Source of the DNA: Planctomycetota bacterium
Lineage (GTDB): Bacteria > Planctomycetota > SZUA-567 > H5-PLA8
Direction: 5' to 3'
Assembly: GCA_038227875.1 (NCBI GenBank)
Contig: JBBRPR010000042.1
Span: 1-64,000 of the forward strand
DNA length: 64,000 nt
The notes under the pieces are model-generated. The model saw only the letters and a list, made by a program, of their open reading frames with translations. It made no database searches and was not told where the DNA came from. Below, one piece after another: positions 26,887-34,372 of the stretch. A program made the translations under genes and the position numbers. Position 1 is the stretch's first letter; every line of letters starts with the position of its first letter.

Positions 26887-28029
26887 ATGAAATCGTCGCT
26901 GCGGTTGCTGCTGATTGTCGCGATCGGCGGAACGCTGATTGCGTTCGCGGCGGTGTATCGGCGCGCGCGGATCGAATCGCAGGGAATTACTCCGCGTCTG
27001 CGACCCTTATCGCAAAAGGAAGCTTTCCGCGCACAGCCTGGGAAGGAGTCGTCGATGAACGAGAACGAACCGATCACGCGGCTGTCGTTTGATGCGGCGA
27101 CGCTTTTCGCGGAACATCCGCCACGCTTGTACAATCGCAACAAGGAAGTCGTGTACGCCAAAGCGTGCCCGCCGGGTTGCGTGCACAGCGGCACGCTGGA
27201 ATTCACGCGCTGGCGCGAGATGAAACTGCCCGAGCAGATCCCCGCGGCCGCGCCGAAAATCGAACCGCGAATCGACATCTACGGCTACGAAAAAAACGTG
27301 CCGGGATACTCCGAATGGTACGTGAACTTCGCCGATGAGCATCTCTTCGCCTACTATGGTGGTTCGCTCCTGGCGCAGGATGAATTGCAGGTCGCGGAGC
27401 ACCCGGGCCTTGGCGCGTTGCGCGAAGCGCTGCTGACGAAGGGACTTGAATTCGGCACGTACCAGGATTTCCGGCCGACGCCAGTGCTCGTCAAGGGCGT
27501 AGAGCGGCGCTGTGCGTTGTCGCTCGGTGTGGATTCCTCGCAAGATCGCCCGCGTGGATTGTATGGGAACAATTTCGGCGCGGCGCCGGTGGTGGCCATT
27601 GAGAAGGCAATCCGCGTGATCGAGCCGCCGAGCGTGTCGAACATCATCGCCATCGCCGCGCCGTCAGGCGGAAGCGGCGCTTACACGGTCGAAGAAATCG
27701 AACTGATTCTGGCGACGGCGTACACAGGCTTTCGCGCGGCGAAGTTGGAATCAAAAGATCCGGTAATTGTTCACACGGGGTTCTGGGGCTGCGGCGCGTT
27801 CGGTGGGAATCGGCAACTGATGGCGATGTTGCAAGTGCTTGCCGCTCGACTGGCGCATGTGGACAGCGTCGTCTTTCACACGTTCGATGCCAGCGGGCTG
27901 AAGCGGTTTGAAAGTGCGCAAGCAACTCTTGATCGATTGCTCGCGCAAGAACCGCCGCCGAATATCGCAGCGTTGATTCAGGAAATTCAAAAGCTGGATT
28001 ACGAATGGGGCATCAGCGACGGCAATTAA
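26887..28029 (+). CDS. PARG-like macrodomain (ADP-ribose glycohydrolase-like) protein with N-terminal hydrophobic segment
   Basis: WYVNFAD...YGGSLLAQDE resembles the PARG VDFAN..GGG....QEE loop; HTGFWGCGAFGGN resembles PARG TGNWGCGAFGG. Alternative start at 27055 with GGAAGGAG SD. Confidence 0.78.
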   Translation: MKSSLRLLLIVAIGGTLIAFAAVYRRARIESQGITPRLRPLSQKEAFRAQPGKESSMNENEPITRLSFDAATLFAEHPPRLYNRNKEVVYAKACPPGCVHSGTLEFTRWREMKLPEQIPAAAPKIEPRIDIYGYEKNVPGYSEWYVNFADEHLFAYYGGSLLAQDELQVAEHPGLGALREALLTKGLEFGTYQDFRPTPVLVKGVERRCALSLGVDSSQDRPRGLYGNNFGAAPVVAIEKAIRVIEPPSVSNIIAIAAPSGGSGAYTVEEIELILATAYTGFRAAKLESKDPVIVHTGFWGCGAFGGNRQLMAMLQVLAARLAHVDSVVFHTFDASGLKRFESAQATLDRLLAQEPPPNIAALIQEIQKLDYEWGISDGN

Positions 28030-28094
28030 ATAGTTGAGCAATCCGGCGACCCCGCCTACAGTGATATGTCCTACTTGTAAAGGGAGGACAAGCC

Positions 28095-29084
28095 ATGGCG
28101 AAGGTCGTGCGAATTGGTTTCTTCGGTGCGGGCGGGATTGCGCAGCACCATCTCAATCACCTCAAGGAAATTCCCGAAGCGTCCGTCGTGGCGCTCTGCG
28201 ACATCAACGCCGAACGCGTGAAGGCCATCGCCGATCCGCTCGGCGCGGCGACATACACCGATAGCGCCAAGATGCTGGCCGAATCCAAGCTCGACGCGCT
28301 CTACATCTGCGTCCCGCCGCACGCGCACGGCGACATTGAAATCCGCGCGGCGCAGAAGGGGTTGCACCTCTTCATCGAGAAGCCGGTCAATCTCTATCTC
28401 GATCAGGCGAAGAAAGCCGCGGACGCGATCCGCAAAGCCGGCGTCTTCTCGCAGGTTGGCTACAGCCTGCGCTACATCAACAGCGCGGTGCGGCTGAAGG
28501 AATTTCTAAAAGACAAGGTCGTCGGCACGGCGCACGTCTTCCGCTGGAATGGAATTCCCGGCGTCCCGTGGTGGCGCAAGTACGATCAAGGCGGCGGCCA
28601 GTTCGTCGAGATGACCACGCATCAGCTCGACCTGTTGCGCTGGGTGATGGGCGATGTCGCCGCGGTCTCCGCGAGTTACTCGTTCAACCGCATCTTCAAA
28701 GACCAGGCCGACGTCACCGTACCCGACAGCCAGGCGATTCTGCTCCATTTCAAGTCCGGCGCGTCGGCGACGATCAACACCGCCTGCGGACTGGGCAAAG
28801 CTTCTCTCGGCGGCGTCGACTTCGCGATCAAAGACGCGAAGGTGTCCTGGAAGCACGACGCGCTCGTGGTCGAACCCGCCGACGGCTACCCCCTGCCGCC
28901 AGCACCCGTGGAGACGATCAGCATCGACAACGCCTTCGTGCGCGCGATCGTCAGCGGCAACGCCACCTTCCTGCGCAGCCCCTACGACGACGCAATGAAG
29001 TCCGCCGCCGTCACCCTGGCCGCCAATCTCTCCGCGGAGAACGGCGGACGGCTGGTGAAGATGGAAGAGGTGTTGAAGGACTGA
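28095..29084 (+). CDS. Gfo/Idh/MocA-family oxidoreductase
   Basis: IGFFGAGGIA, LYICVPPHAH, HLFIEKP, GGGQFVEMTTHQLD; GGGAGG SD. Confidence 0.92.
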   Translation: MAKVVRIGFFGAGGIAQHHLNHLKEIPEASVVALCDINAERVKAIADPLGAATYTDSAKMLAESKLDALYICVPPHAHGDIEIRAAQKGLHLFIEKPVNLYLDQAKKAADAIRKAGVFSQVGYSLRYINSAVRLKEFLKDKVVGTAHVFRWNGIPGVPWWRKYDQGGGQFVEMTTHQLDLLRWVMGDVAAVSASYSFNRIFKDQADVTVPDSQAILLHFKSGASATINTACGLGKASLGGVDFAIKDAKVSWKHDALVVEPADGYPLPPAPVETISIDNAFVRAIVSGNATFLRSPYDDAMKSAAVTLAANLSAENGGRLVKMEEVLKD

Positions 29085-29089
29085 CGGTT

Positions 29090-29225
29090 AGATGGCATCG
29101 GGGATCGGGCATCGGTCAGTGGGTTGAGTGCGAAGCGAACTTCATCCGCAACGGGACATCATTCCTGGTTCTGACCACACATTTCGACCGATGCCCGATG
29201 CCTGATCCCCGATGCCGTCTGTTAG
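29090..29225. repeat. Miniature inverted-repeat element, family 3, copy B
   Basis: AGATGGCATCGGGGATCGGGCATCGGTC ... GACCGATGCCCGATGCCTGATCCCCGATGCCGTCTGTTAG; same ends as 25545-25748 with a shorter core containing GCGAAGC. Confidence 0.85.
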
Positions 29226-29229
29226 CAGT

Positions 29230-30051
29230 TCATCCCATCCACGCAATCATCGCCATGCGGCCGGTATTACGAAGTCCTTGGCGCGTAGCACGGCGGTGAG
29301 AGAAGAACAGGTCTTCGCGGCAGCAGGTGCAGGTGGTGTCGATACCGATGCGTTCCATGCGCACGCCGCGGCTCAACAGGCGGTCGCGGGCGGCTTCGCG
29401 GAGATCGATGGTCGGCTTGGCCCCTGAATTCCGAGTCGCGTACGCCGCGCCGATTCCGGCGACGACTTCCTCGCCGACTTCAAAGCAGCACGGCCCGATC
29501 GACGGGCCGCCGACGGCGTGAATGTTTTTGGGATCAGCGCCGGATTCGGTCATACAATTCAATGTCGCTTCCAGAATTCCGCCGGCCATGCCGCGCCAGC
29601 CGGCGTGCGCGACGCCGAGCACCTTCGCCACCGGATCGGCCAGTGCGACGAGCAGACAGTCGGCGCTGAAACACATCAGCGGCAGATGACGCACGGTCGT
29701 GACCAGCGCGTCGACGCCTTCAATCGCATCGCTGTGTGTAAACGTACCGCGGCCGGCGTCCTGGGCATCGACGCGAGCACATTGAGCGCCGTGAACTTGT
29801 TGCGCGACGACGGGCGCGTTTTCGCTCATCTTAAAGGTAGCGAGCACGCGGCGGCGGTTTTCGCGGACTTTTCGCGGATCGTCCCCAACGTGCAACGCAA
29901 GATTGAGACTGTCGAATGGCGCCGCTGAAGTTCCTTCCTGGCGCGAAGAAAAGCACATCTTAAAGGGAGAAGGGAGCCGGTCGCGGGACCAGATCGCGCT
30001 GCTGAGCGGCTGGGTCGCCATTTCGGCGGAGGGCAAAGCGTCGATCATCAT
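29230..30051 (-). CDS. pgeF: YfiH/PgeF-family protein (purine nucleoside phosphorylase / laccase-domain)
   Basis: SLNLALHVGDD, QQVHG, DALVT, SADC, AHAGWRG, GPSIGPCCFEVG, CTCC, FFSHRR, GRM; AAAGGAG SD before 30051. Confidence 0.92.
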   Translation of the reverse strand: MMIDALPSAEMATQPLSSAIWSRDRLPSPFKMCFSSRQEGTSAAPFDSLNLALHVGDDPRKVRENRRRVLATFKMSENAPVVAQQVHGAQCARVDAQDAGRGTFTHSDAIEGVDALVTTVRHLPLMCFSADCLLVALADPVAKVLGVAHAGWRGMAGGILEATLNCMTESGADPKNIHAVGGPSIGPCCFEVGEEVVAGIGAAYATRNSGAKPTIDLREAARDRLLSRGVRMERIGIDTTCTCCREDLFFSHRRATRQGLRNTGRMAMIAWMG

Positions 30052-30187
30052 GGCGGTGCTCCTTTCCAAATCCTGAGTGCTACCGGGCTTGTATCGACTA
30101 AATAGCGTCTCGTCCACGCTTAATTCTGACTTGGATTGCGCGTCAGAAGCGCATGGCGCATTTTGCTTTAAAGTTTGTTGAGAGTGC

Positions 30188-30217
30188 TTGACGGCAAGGT
30201 GATTGTGCCACTAGTAT
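30188..30217 (+). promoter_or_regulatory. Candidate sigma70 promoter of the cytochrome operon
   Basis: TTGACG-N18-TAGTAT. Confidence 0.45.
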
Positions 30218-30321
30218 ATCGCCTTCACCGAAGCGGGTATGTTGCGCCATGCGTTCTCAGGAATCGGAACGCACAACGGGTAGCACCCATGTCACGAGTC
30301 ATCATAAGGGAGTGAAAGAGC

Positions 30322-31305
30322 GTGCTGATTGACTCCTCTCACAAACGCTGGGCAACGTTTACGATAATTGCGTTGGCCTTGGCGTCGGGATATTTCGCGT
30401 TCTATTACCAACACAGCTACGCGGAACCGGGCGGCAACGGTCCGACTGGCGCGTCCTGGCCGGGCTTGGCCTACGGCATCATCGGCTTTGCGATGATGAT
30501 CTTCTGCGGCTTGCTCGGCATCCGCCGCCGCGTGCGCATCTGGCGGCTGGGCAAAGGTCAGGCGTGGCTGCGCGCGCACATCTGGCTGGGCCTGTTGGCG
30601 TTTCCGCTGATTCTGTTTCACTCCGGTCTGCGCTTCGGCCACGGCCCGGCGATGCTCTCGTTCTGGCTGATGGTGCTCTTCTCGATCGTGCTCGTCTCAG
30701 GCATCGTCGGCGTGCTGCTGCAGAATATTCTCCCCCGCTCGCTGCTGCTGCGCGTGCAGGCGGAGACGACGTTCGAACAGATTCCGCTGGTGATCAATGC
30801 GCTCCGCTTTGAAGCCGATGGACTCGTCCGCCAGGTCTGCGGACCGCTGGGCAACGAGAAGCCCGGCGACGAAGCGGAAGACCAGGCCTCGATGACCGGC
30901 GGCATGACTTCGACGACGAAAAAAGAAGGCGCCGTGCAGGGCAAGGTGATGAAGTCCCGCAACAAGGGACCGATGATGCAGTTGATGGAAGGCTCCGCGC
31001 CGCTGAAAGCATTTTACCTGAACGAAGTCCAGCCGTTCCTCCACACGGAAATCACAGTGGGAAGCAAACTGGCCACTCAGCGCAGCGCGGTGGCGCTGTT
31101 CCAGCACACCCGCACGCTGCTGCCTGATCCCCTGCATGAAACGCTGCGCGATCTGGAATCGGTCTGCGATGAACGCCGCCAGCTGGCGCTGCAGTCTCGC
31201 CTGCATTTCTGGCTGCACAGCTGGGAATACCTGCATGTTCCGCTGTCGTACGCGCTGTTGGCTCTGTCGGTCGTGCACGCGATTGTCGCGAGCGTGAAGT
31301 ACTAA
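30322..31305 (+). CDS. Polytopic membrane protein with His-bearing TM helices (cytochrome b / ferric-reductase-like)
   Basis: About five hydrophobic helices; WLRAHIWLG, ILFHSG, WEYLHVPLS, VVHAI; directly upstream of a multiheme cytochrome. Confidence 0.7.
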   Translation: MLIDSSHKRWATFTIIALALASGYFAFYYQHSYAEPGGNGPTGASWPGLAYGIIGFAMMIFCGLLGIRRRVRIWRLGKGQAWLRAHIWLGLLAFPLILFHSGLRFGHGPAMLSFWLMVLFSIVLVSGIVGVLLQNILPRSLLLRVQAETTFEQIPLVINALRFEADGLVRQVCGPLGNEKPGDEAEDQASMTGGMTSTTKKEGAVQGKVMKSRNKGPMMQLMEGSAPLKAFYLNEVQPFLHTEITVGSKLATQRSAVALFQHTRTLLPDPLHETLRDLESVCDERRQLALQSRLHFWLHSWEYLHVPLSYALLALSVVHAIVASVKY

Positions 31306-31358
31306 GTTCTCCGGCTTCTAGATAGCTCCCGGTACGCAACGCTTCACAGGAGTAGTTC

Positions 31359-32936
31359 ATGGCCCGCGAATTTACGAAGAAGGAACTGAGCAAGCAGCAG
31401 AAGGCTCGCGCGCAGCGTGTCGACCACACGTACTACGCCAAGCCCCATCCGTGGCGCTCGCGCATGAAGGCGCTCTCGATCGCGCTGCCGCTGGTGGCAC
31501 TGGCCGGATTGGGTGCGTTTGCGCTGATTCCTTCGGGTGCTGAAATCTACATGCCCGGTCCGGTCTCCACCAAGCACGGCATTTTTGCGCAGCGCTGCGA
31601 AGAGTGCCATGAAGCCGTCAAGGACGCCAACGGCAAGATGACCTTCGGACAGGTCACGGACGCCAAGTGCACGGCCTGCCACGACGGCCCGGTCCATCAT
31701 GAAAATCAGGTCTACCCGACTCACAAAACGCTGGCCACGGTCAACGGTAAGGAAAAGAGCATCGACGGCCCGGGCTGCTTCACCTGCCACACCGAACACG
31801 CGACCAACGTACGTTTGACCGAAATTGCCGATCGGCACTGCACGCAATGCCACGTCGACCTGAAAGTCAGCGACGGCAAGCCCCTCGAATTCGCCAGCGG
31901 AGTCAAGCACTTCAACGAAGGACATCCGGAATTCAAAGCCAAGAAGCAGGGCTTTACCGACACGGCTGCGCTCCGCTTTGGCCACGAAACGCATATGGGA
32001 GCCACGTCAAACGTCAAGAAGCCGGATGGTTCCAAGCTCAGCTGCGTCGATTGCCATCGCCCGGACAAGCAGCGCGCGTACATGAGCCCGATCAATTACG
32101 AGACGAATTGCCGCAGCTGCCACGACATTGCAATTCCCGAAATCGCCAACATCGGCGCGGTCAAACTGCCGCACGACGCGCCGGACCTGGTCAGCGCGAA
32201 GTTGAAAGTCGCATTCTCCGATTACCTGCTCAAGAACGGCGGCAAGCTGCCGGCGCAGAAGAAGCCCAATCCGAAATACGTGCCGCCCAAGCCCGGCCGC
32301 CCGAAGGGCAAGGAACCGGAATTCCTTGAAGAACCCGATTCCCGCAGCCCCAACGACTGGCTGAAGGAGAACATCGACCTCAGCCTCAAGCCGTTGTTCT
32401 TCCCTGAAAAGGGCAAGGAAACCAGCTCCTGCGCCTACTGTCACACCGCCAAGGGCAAGGACGAAGCGACCGGATTGCCGATCCTGGAGAAGACGAAAAT
32501 TCCGCCGGTCTGGTTTGGACACGCGCACTTCAATCACGAATCGCACCGCGTCGTGGAATGCATCAGTTGCCATACCGAAACCCTGACCAGCAAGTCCACG
32601 GCGGACGTGCTGCTGCCGGGCATCGACAACTGCAAGACCTGTCACAATCCCGCCGGTGCGCGTTCCGGCTGCAACGAATGTCACTACTTCCACGACAAGG
32701 CCGGCCCGAAAGTGGAAGGCATGCTGAGCATCGAAGAACTGAGCAAGGGCGTTTCGAAGAAGGCAGCGCCCGCGACACCGGCGGCGCCGGCAGCTCCGGG
32801 CGCGGCAGCCACTCCGGCTCCCGATGCCGCTCCCGCTGCGGCACCCGCTGCTCCGGCTCCAGCCGAAGCACCGAAGGAAGCACCGAAAGACGCACCCAAG
32901 GATGCTCCGAAAGATCCTCCGAAGGACGCGAAGTAA
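31359..32936 (+). CDS. Membrane-anchored decaheme cytochrome c
   Basis: Ten CxxCH motifs (CEECH, CTACH, CFTCH, CTQCH, CVDCH, CRSCH, CAYCH, CISCH, CKTCH, CNECH); N-terminal TM helix; Ala/Pro and PKDA-repeat tail. Confidence 0.93.
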   Translation: MAREFTKKELSKQQKARAQRVDHTYYAKPHPWRSRMKALSIALPLVALAGLGAFALIPSGAEIYMPGPVSTKHGIFAQRCEECHEAVKDANGKMTFGQVTDAKCTACHDGPVHHENQVYPTHKTLATVNGKEKSIDGPGCFTCHTEHATNVRLTEIADRHCTQCHVDLKVSDGKPLEFASGVKHFNEGHPEFKAKKQGFTDTAALRFGHETHMGATSNVKKPDGSKLSCVDCHRPDKQRAYMSPINYETNCRSCHDIAIPEIANIGAVKLPHDAPDLVSAKLKVAFSDYLLKNGGKLPAQKKPNPKYVPPKPGRPKGKEPEFLEEPDSRSPNDWLKENIDLSLKPLFFPEKGKETSSCAYCHTAKGKDEATGLPILEKTKIPPVWFGHAHFNHESHRVVECISCHTETLTSKSTADVLLPGIDNCKTCHNPAGARSGCNECHYFHDKAGPKVEGMLSIEELSKGVSKKAAPATPAAPAAPGAAATPAPDAAPAAAPAAPAPAEAPKEAPKDAPKDAPKDPPKDAK

Positions 32937-32961
32937 CACACAATTCGCAATTCGTGTGATT

Positions 32962-33001
32962 GAGTCGGCGTACCGTTTCAGCGGTACGCCGATTCTTTTT
33001 T
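32962..33001 (+). terminator. Rho-independent terminator
   Basis: GAGTCGGCGTACCG-loop-CGGTACGCCGATTC followed by a T run. Confidence 0.85.
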
Positions 33002-33160
33002 ACCGGGATTTACTATCTTTATAAGTCGCGCGGCTGAGGCCTGTTACGCAGAATCCAGCAGTCTCAACCTGGCCCTCAGTAAACTGTCACTCTCACCCGC
33101 ACACCAACGTAGCGGGAAGAGTTTGAGACAGATTTCAGTCCACTTGAGGAGGCAGATCCA

Positions 33161-34153
33161 ATGTTTACAGCACGACAAACGCGAGTGATCTCGCTCATCG
33201 CGTTACTCAGTATCATCGCCATGGCCGCGCACGTTTACGCGTCGGAAATCGATCCCTTCAGCAACAAACTGACCGTCGGCGATCCGGTCGTGGACGCGAC
33301 GACGTTCATCAAGGATCAGGACCTTCGCGACGCGGCGCTGGCTGCGATCGCGGCCGACCGGTTTTCGTTTGTGGTCGATTTGCAGAATGCCACTGCTCTG
33401 CCGACGGACGTGAAGAAGTTCTTCGCTGACCGCGCCACGGCGCAGGGTCTGGCCGATACGATTCACACCGATCGCCGGCAATTGCGCTTCGACATCAAAC
33501 CGGGCACCGGTGGGCTCACCCGTCCCGGGAAAGGCTCCTCGGATCTCAATGCTGCCGTCACGCAGTTCTTCAAGGATTTCGACGCGCGCGTAGCCGGCGA
33601 GGCCGCGGTGGATTCAGATTACAAAGCGTTGAAAATCTCGGTACAGGCGCAGAACAAGGCGGGCGTGACGTCGAACGCGAATCAGTTCTTCCACGATCGC
33701 TTCACCACTGCCCAGGCGCGCCTCAACGAAGCGGCCGACGTCTTCAACATCAAGAAAGTGATCAAGTTCAAGGGGCAGAAGATCGCGTTGGTGAAGCCGT
33801 CGAAGGGCAACGATCTGACCGGGCACACGTCGATGTTCCTGACCGATCGCGCCGCGTGGCTGTCAGACGATGATGCGATCACGGCGGCCCGCAACAACAT
33901 GCGCTCCGCGCTGGGTACCTCCAGCCTGCAGGCATCCGTCACCACGTGGCTCAACGCGCGCCGCACCCATCGCGTCGCCGGTATCCAACTGGGACTCGAC
34001 CGTTTTGCGATGAAGGTTGATGTCGGCCTGGCAAAGCAGAAAGACCCGAAGTCCAAGGCGATCGCCATGACCAAGACGGGCGGCGCCGAAGACAATCAGG
34101 ATTCACCCGACAACAACCTGGATGAATCCAGTGACGACAATGGCGAAAAGTAA
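33161..34153 (+). CDS. Exported hypothetical helical-repeat protein (paralog of 59991-60992)
   Basis: Signal peptide (...HVYA/SE), GAGGAGG SD, three internal helical repeats, acidic tail ending DNGEK. Confidence 0.8.
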   Translation: MFTARQTRVISLIALLSIIAMAAHVYASEIDPFSNKLTVGDPVVDATTFIKDQDLRDAALAAIAADRFSFVVDLQNATALPTDVKKFFADRATAQGLADTIHTDRRQLRFDIKPGTGGLTRPGKGSSDLNAAVTQFFKDFDARVAGEAAVDSDYKALKISVQAQNKAGVTSNANQFFHDRFTTAQARLNEAADVFNIKKVIKFKGQKIALVKPSKGNDLTGHTSMFLTDRAAWLSDDDAITAARNNMRSALGTSSLQASVTTWLNARRTHRVAGIQLGLDRFAMKVDVGLAKQKDPKSKAIAMTKTGGAEDNQDSPDNNLDESSDDNGEK

Positions 34154-34175
34154 CTGAAGTAATCAACGTAAAAAG

Positions 34176-34207
34176 GAAAAAGCCCGGCCATGTGGCCGGG
34201 CTTTTTC
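34176..34207 (+). terminator. Rho-independent terminator
   Basis: GAAAAAGCCCGGCCA-tg-TGGCCGGGCTTTTTC. Confidence 0.85.
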
Positions 34208-34372
34208 ATGCGCACGTGCAGAAAATTTATACATCGCGTAATAAACTATGCTTGTCGAAGTCGCACAAACATCAGAAACTCATTGTTTACAAAATTGTAA
34301 TCCACACTTTGCAGAACCGATCAGCGTGAGCTTTGTCGGTTAACGTACGTCACCTTCTTTTAGGGGGCAACT

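Noticed and set aside
31359..32936. Calling the decaheme cytochrome MtrA/DmsE
   Set aside because: The heme count matches, but there is no adjacent MtrB-like porin and the protein has a TM anchor and large inter-heme inserts.
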